This document shows, piece by piece, positions 33,029 through 43,091 of a DNA stretch of 64,000 nt. Numbering within the stretch: the stretch's first letter is position 1; each line of letters opens with the position of its first letter. The notes under the pieces are model-generated. The model saw only the letters and a list, made by a program, of their open reading frames with translations, had not been told where the DNA came from and did no database searches. This DNA comes from a virus. The position numbers were made by a program, and so were the translations under genes. The stretch covers positions 2,952 through 66,951 of the IMG/VR virus record IMGVR_UViG_3300046777_001438, one strand, 5' to 3'.

Positions 33029-35146
33029 ATGTCAGAACAAATCGAAATCGAAAATGGAAACCCAGACCTCGTACCACTAGCCAATAAAATATCATCAATG
33101 TTTTCATTTAGATTAACAGAAGATTTTATTTCTACCTACAAAGATAAGGTAGCACCGTTTGGTTATAGAGACGCAGCTGGTAACTCAGTTGGAGAAATAA
33201 CTTTTCTTCGTACCTACTCAAGACTAAAAGAAGATGGCACCAAAGAGACATGGTCTGATGTTTGTGAGCGCGTAATCAATGGAATGTATTCACTGCAAAA
33301 AGACCACTGCAAGAAAAATCGCCTTCCATGGAATGATGCTAAAGCACAAGCTTCAGCTAAAGAAGCTTTTGAAAGATTGTACAACCTAAAGTGGACTCCA
33401 CCTGGACGTGGATTGTGGGCTATGGGTACAAACATAGTCAATGTGCAGAAGAATTCCGCAGCACTTCAGAACTGTGCTTTTGTTTCCACTGGTGAAATGA
33501 ACAAGTTCAACCCAGCAAAACCATTTGCATTCCTAATGGAGGCATCAATGCTCGGTGTTGGAGTTGGTTTTGACGACAAGGGAGCAGATAAAGATTTCCC
33601 TATATATGAGCCCAAGGTCGTTGATGGCGCAGCCTCGTTTATTATCCCAGATACACGAGAGGGATGGGTTGAGTCAATGGCTATGCTATTGAACTCTTAC
33701 CTTAAGCCAGATCAGGAAGCTATTGAATTTGATTACTCATTAATCAGACCATCTGGCACGCCGATCAAAACATTTGGAGGCGTAGCTGCAGGCCATGAGC
33801 CACTAGAAAAGCTACACAAGCACATCAGAAAGATGTTTAGTGGCCGTAAGGGAGAAAAGCTTAATCGTACAGATATTGCAGACATAGGAAATGTTATAGG
33901 TGTTTGTGTTGTATCTGGCAACGTCCGTAGATCAGCTGAATTATTGATTGGCCGTTTAGATGATCAAGACTTTTTGAACTTAAAGAACTCAGAACGTTTT
34001 CCGGAACGCAACTCGTATGACGCAAATGCACCAGGTTGGGGCTGGATGTCTAACAACTCTGTTGAAACAGCAGTCGGAGCAGATCTATCTAGTATTGTAG
34101 AGGGCATATCTCTTAATGGTGAGCCAGGTGTTATCTGGATGGACATGTCACGCAAGTACGGAAGATTGGCGGACCCACCAAATAATAAAGATCATAGAGT
34201 CGCAGGATACAATCCATGCGCAGAGCAGTCTCTTGAGTCGTATGAGTGCTGCACGCTCGTGGAAACATATCTTAACCGTCATGATAGTCTAGAAGACTAT
34301 AAGCGCACACTAAAGTTTGCGTATCTCTATGCGAAGACTGTCACTCTCCTTCCAACACACTGGGAAGAAACAAACGCAATCATGCAACGCAATCGTCGCA
34401 TTGGAGCTTCAATGTCGGGAGTTGCAAACTTTGCAGATAGAGTGGGTGTTCCAGCTCTTCGCGAATGGATGGATGAAGGTTACAAGACAGTTCAGCGCTA
34501 TGATAATGTTTACTCTGAGTGGCTTGGAATTCGTGAGTCAATTAAGATGACTACGGTTAAGCCTTCAGGAACTGTTTCTATTTTGGCTGGAGAATCTCCA
34601 GGAGTTCACTGGACACCAGGCGGAAAATACTTTAACAGAACTATTAGATTCTCTAATGATGATCCAATGTTGCCTTTGTTTAAGATGGCTAACTATAGAG
34701 TTGAACCAGCGTCGGAGTCTCCAGATACTACTTCTGTTGTTTATTTCCCAATTAAATCAAATGCTGCTAGAGCAGAACGTGATGTTACCATCTTTGAAAA
34801 GATGTCATTAGCTGCAACTGCACAGCGTTACTGGTCAGACAACTCGGTTTCGGTAACCATATCTTTTGATAAGGACACTGAGGCTCAGCATGTTGGCACC
34901 GTACTACACATGTATGATGGACAACTTAAGACTGTTTCTTTCCTGCCTAGCGGAAACGACACCTATCCACAGATGCCTTATACGCAGATAACAGAAGAAG
35001 AATATGTTGATAGTGGCCTAAAGCTAATGTTGATAGACCTTTCTGGTGTCTATGCTGGTATGGCATCTGATGCAATAGGAGAGCGCTATTGCACTACAGA
35101 TTCTTGTGAAGTAAAGTTGATTAAGGACAATACGAAACAAGTCTGA
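33029..35146 (+). CDS. nrdJ: Class II (adenosylcobalamin-dependent) ribonucleotide reductase
   Basis: PPGRGLW, NCAF, GNVRRSA, NPCAEQ, TVKPSGT and C-terminal CTTDSC motifs. Confidence 0.95.
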   Translation: MSEQIEIENGNPDLVPLANKISSMFSFRLTEDFISTYKDKVAPFGYRDAAGNSVGEITFLRTYSRLKEDGTKETWSDVCERVINGMYSLQKDHCKKNRLPWNDAKAQASAKEAFERLYNLKWTPPGRGLWAMGTNIVNVQKNSAALQNCAFVSTGEMNKFNPAKPFAFLMEASMLGVGVGFDDKGADKDFPIYEPKVVDGAASFIIPDTREGWVESMAMLLNSYLKPDQEAIEFDYSLIRPSGTPIKTFGGVAAGHEPLEKLHKHIRKMFSGRKGEKLNRTDIADIGNVIGVCVVSGNVRRSAELLIGRLDDQDFLNLKNSERFPERNSYDANAPGWGWMSNNSVETAVGADLSSIVEGISLNGEPGVIWMDMSRKYGRLADPPNNKDHRVAGYNPCAEQSLESYECCTLVETYLNRHDSLEDYKRTLKFAYLYAKTVTLLPTHWEETNAIMQRNRRIGASMSGVANFADRVGVPALREWMDEGYKTVQRYDNVYSEWLGIRESIKMTTVKPSGTVSILAGESPGVHWTPGGKYFNRTIRFSNDDPMLPLFKMANYRVEPASESPDTTSVVYFPIKSNAARAERDVTIFEKMSLAATAQRYWSDNSVSVTISFDKDTEAQHVGTVLHMYDGQLKTVSFLPSGNDTYPQMPYTQITEEEYVDSGLKLMLIDLSGVYAGMASDAIGERYCTTDSCEVKLIKDNTKQV

Positions 35147-35149
35147 TAG

Positions 35150-35158
35150 TGATATAAT
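35150..35158 (+). promoter_or_regulatory. Extended -10 promoter for leaderless thyX
   Basis: TGATATAAT followed by 6 nt and the ATG; no SD sequence. Confidence 0.65.
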
Positions 35159-35164
35159 GGACGC

Positions 35165-35860
35165 ATGGAATTAGATAATAAAGTACAGGTATTAGATAAG
35201 GGTTACGTTAGATTGGTAGATCACATGGGTAGTGATCTATCTATCGTAAACGCAGCTAGAGCTTCTTTTGCTAAAGAGTCTAAGGAGATGTCTAAATCAG
35301 ATGCTCGACTGATAGATTTTTTAGCAAAAGAAAACCACATGTCACCATTTAGACATGCGTTTATTACATTTGAATTCTACGCACCACTCATGGTGGCTAG
35401 ACAACATTGGAAATATGTTGTTGGCTCAGATCATACGATGGATGCGTGGAACGAATCATCTAGAAGATACATAAGTGTAGAACCAGAATTTCATATTCCA
35501 AGTCCAGATCAATGGCGTTTAGCAGCCGATAATAAAAAGCAAGGTTCTTCTGGATTAGCTGGTCCTTGGATAGGTTCAATCCTTACAACTGAGCTAGAAC
35601 GCATGTATGATACATGTGAGTCACTATATAATATGGCTTTGGAAAATGGGATAGCACCCGAACAAGCAAGACTATTCTTGCCCGCATATGCAATGTATCA
35701 GCCTTATCGTTGGTCCTGCAGTTTGCAGTCAGTTGCGTTATTTCTTAATCAAAGATTGTCTGAAGATTCTCAAGCAGAAATACAAGAGTACGCTAAAGCA
35801 GTCTATCAGTTGGTTCAACCGTTATATCCACTATCTATGTACGCATTGCTGGGTAAATAA
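35165..35860 (+). CDS. thyX: FAD-dependent thymidylate synthase
   Basis: GYVRLVDHMGSDLSIVNAARAS, HMSPF, WNESSRRY, EQARLFLP and AEIQEYA motifs. Confidence 0.95.
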   Translation: MELDNKVQVLDKGYVRLVDHMGSDLSIVNAARASFAKESKEMSKSDARLIDFLAKENHMSPFRHAFITFEFYAPLMVARQHWKYVVGSDHTMDAWNESSRRYISVEPEFHIPSPDQWRLAADNKKQGSSGLAGPWIGSILTTELERMYDTCESLYNMALENGIAPEQARLFLPAYAMYQPYRWSCSLQSVALFLNQRLSEDSQAEIQEYAKAVYQLVQPLYPLSMYALLGK

Positions 35861-36084
35861 TGGCTGCTGGCAAATTAAATTATATTGTTTTATACCCAAA
35901 CATAAGTCAAGTATACGGTTGTGCCTCTAAGAAAATTGCATTAGAATCACCACCACCAGATGGATGTTCTTTAGAAGATAAGAGAATACTTTTTGTCACT
36001 TATGAGCCAGATAACAACGCGCTTTCGGTATATCAAGTACCGCAAGAAGAAGTTCTAAACGCTGAAATAAAAGAAAAGAAATAA
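35860..36084 (+). CDS. Hypothetical protein
   Basis: TAATG coupling to thyX. Confidence 0.55.
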   Translation: MAAGKLNYIVLYPNISQVYGCASKKIALESPPPDGCSLEDKRILFVTYEPDNNALSVYQVPQEEVLNAEIKEKK

Positions 36085-36085
36085 C

Positions 36086-36325
36086 ATGAGTAAAAAAACC
36101 CATGAAAAAAAGAAAGTAAATATTAAACTTGAATCAGGTCAAACATATTTAATTTCTACAATAGATCAAATGTTGCAAATAGCAAATGCTCTGATACACT
36201 TAGCACCGTCTGTAAAAGATGAAAAAGAAAGATCAAATATTCTTCATCTAAGTGAAGAGGCAATAAAGGCTATAAACGAAAATCAATTTATTAGTAGAAA
36301 CATTGGTGAAGATGATGAGTGGTAA
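36086..36325 (+). CDS. Hypothetical protein
   Basis: 79-aa ORF tiling the operon. Confidence 0.55.
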   Translation: MSKKTHEKKKVNIKLESGQTYLISTIDQMLQIANALIHLAPSVKDEKERSNILHLSEEAIKAINENQFISRNIGEDDEW

Positions 36326-36569
36326 AACAGTGGCTATATTAGCTGGATTTTTTATGATTGGAATAGCACTTGGTAAAGCAAAGCAAGTCGCATTTGCTAA
36401 TCAAATTACGCAAAGCAAACTCACGACAGAACAGTGCCTGAATAGGCTAAGTGAATTTTGTATTGATGATTTAGCATCTGCTAAAAAAGAATTTTTTGAG
36501 TTCATGGAAATGGGTTTTACTCCAGAAGAATCGTTTGAAATTGTTTCATCTAAAGTGGTGGTGTTATGA
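36312..36569 (+). CDS. Small membrane-anchored hypothetical protein
   Basis: N-terminal hydrophobic helix VAILAGFFMIGIALG. Confidence 0.5.
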   Translation: MMSGKTVAILAGFFMIGIALGKAKQVAFANQITQSKLTTEQCLNRLSEFCIDDLASAKKEFFEFMEMGFTPEESFEIVSSKVVVL

Positions 36570-37369
36570 TAGATCTTTGCGTTGTAAACTACAATACAAG
36601 ACCGCTGCTTCAAAGACTGCTGGACACTCTGCACGACGGTGTAGATTCTTCTAATAAGAATTGGAAGCTTTACATTGCAGATAATGAATCAAGCGATGAC
36701 ACAATAGCCTGGATTAGAGAAAATGATTCAAAGTATAAGATAGATAGAATTTTTCTCAACAAGAATATAGGTTACTCAGCAGCATGCAATCAACTTGCAG
36801 CTTATGGGGATGGTGATATCATAGCCTTGTTAAACTCTGATGTATGGTTTACCAATGAAGATATCAACGCCATACAAAAAATATTTGATGACAATACTGA
36901 CATTCATATTCTGGGTCCAAAGCAAAGAGATGAATACGGGCTGATCAGACACGCTGGAATCGTTGGTTCGAACACGCAACCAAAGCATAGGGGTTGGAAC
37001 CAGGCAGATCAAAAGGATGAGCTATACAAAGATAGAATCAACTGTGTTACAGTGTCTGGTTCAGCATACTTTGTTAGAAGATCAGTTTGGGATGCTCTAA
37101 CAAATGATGAAGAGTATAGGAAGATGTATCCTGAGGCAATAGGAGCGTTCCTACCAACGCCTCATTACTACGAGGAGACTTGGTGCTCCTACTTCGCACG
37201 TCATCGTGGCTACAATGTAGTGTATGATGGTAGTGTATCAATAGGCCACAGCTGGCATGCGTCGTCACCAAAACCAGGTGAAGGTTACAGCCACGCTGAT
37301 GCCCAGTTTAAAGTAAGTCAATCAATATTTCGCAAAGCATGCGACACTATAGGAATAGAAAGAGATTAA
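36566..37369 (+). CDS. Glycosyltransferase family 2
   Basis: VVNYN, DNESSD, NIGYSAACN, LLNSD and YEETW motifs. Confidence 0.9.
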   Translation: MIDLCVVNYNTRPLLQRLLDTLHDGVDSSNKNWKLYIADNESSDDTIAWIRENDSKYKIDRIFLNKNIGYSAACNQLAAYGDGDIIALLNSDVWFTNEDINAIQKIFDDNTDIHILGPKQRDEYGLIRHAGIVGSNTQPKHRGWNQADQKDELYKDRINCVTVSGSAYFVRRSVWDALTNDEEYRKMYPEAIGAFLPTPHYYEETWCSYFARHRGYNVVYDGSVSIGHSWHASSPKPGEGYSHADAQFKVSQSIFRKACDTIGIERD

Positions 37370-37370
37370 A

Positions 37371-37772
37371 ATGTCAGATCAACTTAATGTTTACCTTTAT
37401 AATGCAGAAGTAGTTAAGGTAGTAGACGGAGATACATTTAAGATCAATATAGATCTTGGTTTTGAAGTTCACATTGGCCCAAAGAGTGTAAGACTCTATG
37501 GAGTTAATACACCGGAAAGCCGCACCACAAATCTTGAAGAAAAGAAAATGGGCCTCGCAGCAAAAGAGTTTACTGATCAATGGATTAAGAAAGCCAACAA
37601 TAAGGTAAAGATTGAAACTATCTTAGATAAGAATGAAAAGTATGGTAGAATCCTTGCTAGAGTATGGAACGAAGCTGGCGAATGCCTTAACACAGAAATT
37701 GTTAAAGCTGGATTAGCTAGAGAATACTTTGGTGTAGGTGACAAAACTTTTAACGAATTTAAGAAGGCGTAA
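37371..37772 (+). CDS. Thermonuclease (SNase-like)
   Basis: VVDGDT, RLYGVNTPE, KYGRILA and GLA motifs. Confidence 0.9.
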   Translation: MSDQLNVYLYNAEVVKVVDGDTFKINIDLGFEVHIGPKSVRLYGVNTPESRTTNLEEKKMGLAAKEFTDQWIKKANNKVKIETILDKNEKYGRILARVWNEAGECLNTEIVKAGLAREYFGVGDKTFNEFKKA

Positions 37773-38197
37773 TGCAAACATTTTTACCATATGCAGACCT
37801 GCAAGAATCAGTTCGGGTATTAGATTACCGTAGACTTGGAAAGCAACGAGTAGAAACTTTTCAGGTCTTGAACATCCTGCTTGAGCGTACACCAACTAAA
37901 GGTTGGCGCAATCATCCAGTCACCGTTATGTGGACTGGTTACGAATCAGCACTGCAGTTATATCAGAACTATACAATCCAGGAATGGATTAATAGAGGAT
38001 ATAAAAACACAATGCTTTTGGAAGACGTTGATATGAATTCCATAGTTATGCCGCACTGGTTTGGATTGGAAGAGTTTCATCGTTCGCATAGGTCAAATTT
38101 ACTACGTAAAGATTATGAATATTATTCCCAATATTTTGACGAAGACCCCAATCTTCCATACTATTGGCCAGCTAAAGAGGTAGCTAATGCAAACTAG
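37772..38197 (+). CDS. Pyrimidine-dimer DNA glycosylase-like protein (DenV / MSMEG_6728-like)
   Basis: MQTFLPY, LDYRRLGKQRVE, GWRNHP...MW and HRSHRSNLLRKD motifs. Confidence 0.85.
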   Translation: MQTFLPYADLQESVRVLDYRRLGKQRVETFQVLNILLERTPTKGWRNHPVTVMWTGYESALQLYQNYTIQEWINRGYKNTMLLEDVDMNSIVMPHWFGLEEFHRSHRSNLLRKDYEYYSQYFDEDPNLPYYWPAKEVANAN

Positions 38198-38600
38198 AGT
38201 ATTTTTATCCGGAGCCATAGAAGATGTAAGATCTGAGTTTAAAAATACTTGGAGAGACGAAGCTACTCAACTTCTGGAGGACAGAGGTTTTAAGGCAGTC
38301 AACCCAATGCACTACGCCTTGGAAGAAGAAGATTGCAAGCCAAAAGAAATAGTAGACAAAAATCTTTTTCTACAAAAAAGCTGTGATATTATTCTAGTAG
38401 AATATAGATTACTTTATAGAGCATACATCGGTACAGACTTTGAAATGACCTGGGCGCACTTGAACAATCAACCAATAATTGTTTGGGCGCATCAAGATTT
38501 GCAGCACAGAATTTATCTTAAATTTCTTGCCACAAAACTTGCAGATACACTAGAAGAAGCTGTAGAATATATATCCAATACATATCCATCAAGTAAATAA
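38187..38600 (+). CDS. Nucleoside 2-deoxyribosyltransferase-like protein
   Basis: VFLSGAI, WR, NP, CDIILV and GTDFE motifs. Confidence 0.75.
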   Translation: MQTRVFLSGAIEDVRSEFKNTWRDEATQLLEDRGFKAVNPMHYALEEEDCKPKEIVDKNLFLQKSCDIILVEYRLLYRAYIGTDFEMTWAHLNNQPIIVWAHQDLQHRIYLKFLATKLADTLEEAVEYISNTYPSSK

Positions 38601-38611
38601 AAGGAAATAAA

Positions 38612-38803
38612 ATGCCAGAGAATAAATTCAACTACTTTGCTGTTGTCACAACGACATTGGTAAAGGCCAAGAACCAGCAGGATGCACAGAAGGTTGCTTT
38701 GAACCGTCGTGGTGTAGCTGGTGAGCGTCTTTTTCAGTCAACTGACATCGAGCGTATTTCTTCAGTAGAAGCACGCAAGCAAATCGAAAAGTTGGGCGAG
38801 TAA
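38612..38803 (+). CDS. Hypothetical protein
   Basis: 63 aa, AAGGA RBS, followed by a terminator. Confidence 0.6.
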   Translation: MPENKFNYFAVVTTTLVKAKNQQDAQKVALNRRGVAGERLFQSTDIERISSVEARKQIEKLGE

Positions 38804-38813
38804 TTTATTAACC

Positions 38814-38850
38814 TGTGGGGCTGGATTAACCTTCAGCCCCACATTATTTT
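38814..38850 (+). terminator. Intrinsic terminator
   Basis: TGTGGGGCTGGA-ttaacc-TTCAGCCCCACA followed by TTATTTT. Confidence 0.75.
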
Positions 38851-38859
38851 GGGAGTTTT

Positions 38860-39561
38860 ATGATAATAGCTCAGATGGTTGGAAGAAATGAATCTTCCAA
38901 ATACTTAAAAGAAGTACTAGAAAGACTTAAGCAACAGGTAGACAAGATAGTTTTCACTGACGACTGTTCAGATGATAATACAGCAGAAATAGCTGCGTTG
39001 TACGCACATGTCTACGTAAATGAAGAACCACTTTTTACAGTTAATGAGGGTGCGCTAAGAGCAAAAGCTTGGGCCAACCTAGAACAACATGCCTCAGAGG
39101 GTGACTGGATCATAGCTATCGACTGTGACGAGATGCTGTACGATGCAAAAGATATAAGTACTGTATCTGTTAAGCATGTTCTTGATCAGTCGCCATACGA
39201 TGTAGTTAATGTACGCTTCTATCATATGTGGAACGAAACACAGTACAGAGTAGATAAGCTTTGGGCACCAAACAACAGTTCTAGAATCTTTAGGTTTAAG
39301 AATGGTGGAAAGTTTTTGGACAGAAAACTAGCCTGTGGCTCAGAACCAACGTACGTTGTAGAGGACATCAGAAGAAGAAACTACTGGGTCCATTCAGGTC
39401 TTGTTATGCAGCATCTAGGGTATACCAAGGATGCAGATAAGCAACTAAAGCATACAAGATATATGAATCTAGACAAAGGCGAGTTCCATAATATTAAACA
39501 CATTGAATCAATAGTAGATCCTAATCCAACTCTTATAACTTGGGGAAATTTCGGAATATGA
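38860..39561 (+). CDS. Glycosyltransferase family 2-like
   Basis: RNE, DDCSDDNT, WIIAIDCDE and HLGY motifs. Confidence 0.85.
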   Translation: MIIAQMVGRNESSKYLKEVLERLKQQVDKIVFTDDCSDDNTAEIAALYAHVYVNEEPLFTVNEGALRAKAWANLEQHASEGDWIIAIDCDEMLYDAKDISTVSVKHVLDQSPYDVVNVRFYHMWNETQYRVDKLWAPNNSSRIFRFKNGGKFLDRKLACGSEPTYVVEDIRRRNYWVHSGLVMQHLGYTKDADKQLKHTRYMNLDKGEFHNIKHIESIVDPNPTLITWGNFGI

Positions 39562-40208
39562 AAACACATAATGCAGTAGAAACAATCAAAAAGGTATCTC
39601 TGATGCTGGAAAGAAAAGAAAAGTTTGCTTTTGTTACATATACAAGATCAGCAATCTTTACTTTAACTGGAGAGCTAAAGGGAGAAAAGAAACCACCAAA
39701 GAATTTTGTAAAACTTCTTTCTGACGGCATGCAAAAGAAGGATCCTAACTTTATCAAAGCTGCACAGAGAGACCTTATGCTTTCAAGTTCAGATAAGCTC
39801 GGTAGCCTAAATATAAAAGGTACAGAATTTTACGATCCAGCTTTTCTTGAAGTGTATATTAATAATAACTATGACATTTTTAAGACATTTGTTTCGTGGT
39901 ATTTTAAAAATACAAAGGCTATTGTTGTTTCTTTCCAAAACCAAAACTACATCGGAAAGTACTTCTCTGTTGATTCTGTATTCATTCAAGTTCCTTACAA
40001 TGATTTCTATTCAAGAATAGATTCTATTACAGAAGAGATAAAGTCACACAAGAATGACTTTGACCTATGCATCTTTGATTGCCCTATGCTTAGTGCTGCT
40101 TTAGCAGTTCAGGTTTGGGACAATACAGATATGTCAATTATTGACCTGGGCAGAACCCTAACTGTAGCTAGAGCATTGGCAAAAAATAATGACAGAGCGA
40201 GACAATAA
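39558..40208 (+). CDS. Putative GT-D-fold glycosyltransferase-like protein
   Basis: FAFVTY N-terminus and SIIDLG C-terminus resemble GT-D (DUF1792); ATGA-coupled to the GT2 gene. Confidence 0.45.
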   Translation: MKTHNAVETIKKVSLMLERKEKFAFVTYTRSAIFTLTGELKGEKKPPKNFVKLLSDGMQKKDPNFIKAAQRDLMLSSSDKLGSLNIKGTEFYDPAFLEVYINNNYDIFKTFVSWYFKNTKAIVVSFQNQNYIGKYFSVDSVFIQVPYNDFYSRIDSITEEIKSHKNDFDLCIFDCPMLSAALAVQVWDNTDMSIIDLGRTLTVARALAKNNDRARQ

Positions 40209-40842
40209 AGCTTACGCTAATTTAAATGCAAAGATAATTAATCTTTTATTTGAAACAGATAAGTCTATAGCTAAAGTTGCGGAAGAATTGTCTATGACAA
40301 GCGCGCAACTAAACAAAATCATAACTAAACTTGGTTTAGGTTGGGTCAAAGACCATAGACGAAAAATGTCTAAGGGCCAGACTGTTCTAACTAGCATAAT
40401 GCAAAAGCTTATCCCAAATGAAACTATCATCAATGAGTATCATTTGGGAGAAAGATTAAAGCTAGATGTCTACTGTCCTCAGTATAAACTTGGTGCTGAA
40501 TTCCATGGCATACAGCACTTTGAGTACACAGAAAGATTCTTTGATACAAGAGATGATTTTTTGGAAGCTCAAAAAAGAGATCTAAGAAAAGTACAACTCT
40601 GCGAAGAGCAGGGTATTGCTCTTGTTGTTTTTAGATACGATGATAAGCTTACTGAAGAGTCTGTTTATGATAGAATACTTACCGCAATTAAGTCAGCTGG
40701 CACAGAGCCAATAGTTAAAAAGCGAAAGAGCATCAAGCATAATCCGACATATCAAATAGCCAAAAAGAAAAACTCGGAAAAGAAAAAAGCATTATACAAA
40801 GAGCTAAAAGAAAAGCGTAAAAATGACAGAAAACCAAACTGA
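40189..40842 (+). CDS. HTH plus Vsr/DUF559-like endonuclease
   Basis: SIAKVAEELSMT (HTH); LDVY...AEFHGIQH...RDLRKVQLCEEQGIAL. Confidence 0.75.
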   Translation: MTERDNKAYANLNAKIINLLFETDKSIAKVAEELSMTSAQLNKIITKLGLGWVKDHRRKMSKGQTVLTSIMQKLIPNETIINEYHLGERLKLDVYCPQYKLGAEFHGIQHFEYTERFFDTRDDFLEAQKRDLRKVQLCEEQGIALVVFRYDDKLTEESVYDRILTAIKSAGTEPIVKKRKSIKHNPTYQIAKKKNSEKKKALYKELKEKRKNDRKPN

Positions 40843-42289
40843 AGACAAACAAGAGTATCCAATTGAATACCAAGTGTTTGCCCTGTCGTTCAAGAACCCA
40901 GGATCAATAGCTTACTTCGATGCTCAATTGCCTGATGAAATAGTCGGCGCGATACATGGTCAGTCAGGTATACATGAGTTTTATAAAGCAATGCTCTCGT
41001 ACTACCATGCTACAAAGCGTGAGATTGTAGATCCAATTGCTTTTAAATCTTGGCTAGAGTCTGAAACAGATATCCATTCTGCTCTTGGTGGTTCTTCTGG
41101 TGTAGATACAATGATAGGCGTTATCTTAAATTTAGAAACGTCAGATCATGAATCTATTTCTCAGCTGCTAAAGCATAAGGCAAACAAAAGAAAACAGCTG
41201 GATATACTTCAAGAATTACATCTTTTGCTCACCCAAAAGGGAGAGAAGAACACAAAAGATATAGCAAGAATATCTGAAATAACTGGGGAAATAAAAAACT
41301 TAGAAAATGATTTAAACTTTGATCCACTAGATAGCGTTGCTACAGCTGTTGATATTTCAAAGAGAGCAGCCTCACTACTGGAGATTCCAAGCTTCTTGCC
41401 CACCCAGTACAAGTCCTTAAACAGAGCTATGGGCTACACTGATGATGGTGGGTTCTTTAGAGGTGCTGTTCATGCGATCATAGCACCATCTGGAAAAGGA
41501 AAGAGTACATTTGCAAAGTGTCTCATTAATCATTGGGCAGATACTGGACACAAGGTTCTGTATGTTAACTTTGAGGAAGCAGTTCCTCACTGGGAGCGCG
41601 TGCTTATGACTCAGATTATTGAAAAGAACGTATATGCAGAAGCTGCAAACTGGAACGAGAAAGAAAAATCTGAAAACTTAGCTAAGTTTAAATCAAAGCT
41701 AGATGAGTGGGGCGACAGATTCATGGTTAAGCATGACCCAGATACTCCTTACTTCGAAGACTTAGAAAAATGGTTTAGAAGTATTATGGGACATTCTGAG
41801 CTTATACCAGATGTTATTGTGATCGACACCATTCAATCAATGTTCACCAAAGGCGGTAAGGGTAAACCACGCTGGGGCGAATTCGAAGAGATGATGGTTA
41901 GATTAGAAAAGTTAGCAAGAGACATGGATTGTGTTTTGATAATTACAGCTCAAGAAAACTCCAACAGAATGAAAGAAAGAAGAGAGGTAGTTCAGCAGTC
42001 TGACACTGGAGGTTCACTTTCGATCCAGCAAAAATGTGCTGTTACTATTTTCATCACCGAAAAGAAGTTAATCAGTGGTGATGACTCTGAGGATGAAAAC
42101 ATAATGCAATTGCAGATTCCTAAAAATAGAATTACAGGCTCAACATACACATACAATTCTCCGCTAGTTAAATACATAGATCAGTACAAAAAATATGTAG
42201 AGTATGAACCAATAACAAGCGAGTCCTATTCAAAGATAGTTAACTCTGATGATATTAAAGAACTAATTGAGAGCATAAATATACTCTAA
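40823..42289 (+). CDS. dnaB: Replicative DNA helicase, DnaB-like
   Basis: Walker A APSGKGKST, VNFEE, Walker B VIVIDTIQ, LIITAQEN and KNR motifs. Confidence 0.85.
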   Translation: MTENQTEDKQEYPIEYQVFALSFKNPGSIAYFDAQLPDEIVGAIHGQSGIHEFYKAMLSYYHATKREIVDPIAFKSWLESETDIHSALGGSSGVDTMIGVILNLETSDHESISQLLKHKANKRKQLDILQELHLLLTQKGEKNTKDIARISEITGEIKNLENDLNFDPLDSVATAVDISKRAASLLEIPSFLPTQYKSLNRAMGYTDDGGFFRGAVHAIIAPSGKGKSTFAKCLINHWADTGHKVLYVNFEEAVPHWERVLMTQIIEKNVYAEAANWNEKEKSENLAKFKSKLDEWGDRFMVKHDPDTPYFEDLEKWFRSIMGHSELIPDVIVIDTIQSMFTKGGKGKPRWGEFEEMMVRLEKLARDMDCVLIITAQENSNRMKERREVVQQSDTGGSLSIQQKCAVTIFITEKKLISGDDSEDENIMQLQIPKNRITGSTYTYNSPLVKYIDQYKKYVEYEPITSESYSKIVNSDDIKELIESINIL

Positions 42290-42296
42290 GGAAAAC

Positions 42297-43091
42297 ATGA
42301 TACAAATAGAAACACAGCAATTAAAAGATTTTCAAACATGCGAAAGATTGTATGACTTTAGGCACTTGCAAAATTTACCAGAAACTATTGGCGAAAGAAA
42401 ATTAAACTCACTTAAGTTTGAGAGTACAATCAAGGCAGTGGTTAATCACTTCTTTTATCAGAAACAAAATGGAAGAACACCGTCTTATGCATCCCTATTG
42501 CACAAGTGGGAGAAGCTATGGTTCCCCAAGGACACTACGCCATACGACATAGTCCATGAACAACATGAGAGCCTGTACGGAAACATGGCTAGCCTTACAA
42601 GCAAAGCAGCTTCAGTCTTGCTAGAAGTTGTAGAAAATTTTAGTGATCCAAATATAATCCCAATGGGTATTGGCCTTGAATATGTTGCACCAGTCACGCC
42701 AAATGTTGGGGTGAGTGATATGTTTGACTTGGTGTATCAGAAGAACGGAAAGATATATGTTGTCAAATGGGTATTTAATCATAAGCTTAAATATGAACAC
42801 ACGTACATCGTAGACTTTTCTTTGATGCATGTGGGATTCTTTAATAAGTTTGGTAACAAAATTAATATTACAAATTTTGGATACTTTGATTTAATGAATC
42901 AAAAATCTGGTTTTAATGAAATCCCAATTCAAAAAGCAGACATTGAGGCATTAAAATACTGGTGTGATTCTCTGTATGAGGAAAAGATTTTTCCTTCTAG
43001 AAGAGGTCTTACCGCCTACTGCAAAGTATGTCCATACGATAAGCCATGCTCTAAATGGGTAATGTGGTCAAAGAAAGAAGAAAACAAATGA
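42297..43091 (+). CDS. PD-(D/E)xK RecB/Cas4-like protein, catalytic motif degenerate
   Basis: FQTCERLY and C-terminal CKVCPYDKPC; VVKWVF sits where IVDYK is expected. Confidence 0.6.
   Translation: MIQIETQQLKDFQTCERLYDFRHLQNLPETIGERKLNSLKFESTIKAVVNHFFYQKQNGRTPSYASLLHKWEKLWFPKDTTPYDIVHEQHESLYGNMASLTSKAASVLLEVVENFSDPNIIPMGIGLEYVAPVTPNVGVSDMFDLVYQKNGKIYVVKWVFNHKLKYEHTYIVDFSLMHVGFFNKFGNKINITNFGYFDLMNQKSGFNEIPIQKADIEALKYWCDSLYEEKIFPSRRGLTAYCKVCPYDKPCSKWVMWSKKEENK

Noticed and set aside
37814-37817. CGG is simply an unassigned or always-shifting codon
   Set aside because: In-frame CGG-G lies in the intact glycosylase gene (SVRVLD), so the signal appears specific to CGG-A.
39552-39555. A fifth in-frame CGG-A, in ORF-track ORF 39540
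   Set aside because: It lies upstream of the likely ATG (39558). In the overlapping GT2 gene it reads TTC GGA, so it is not a translated CGG.
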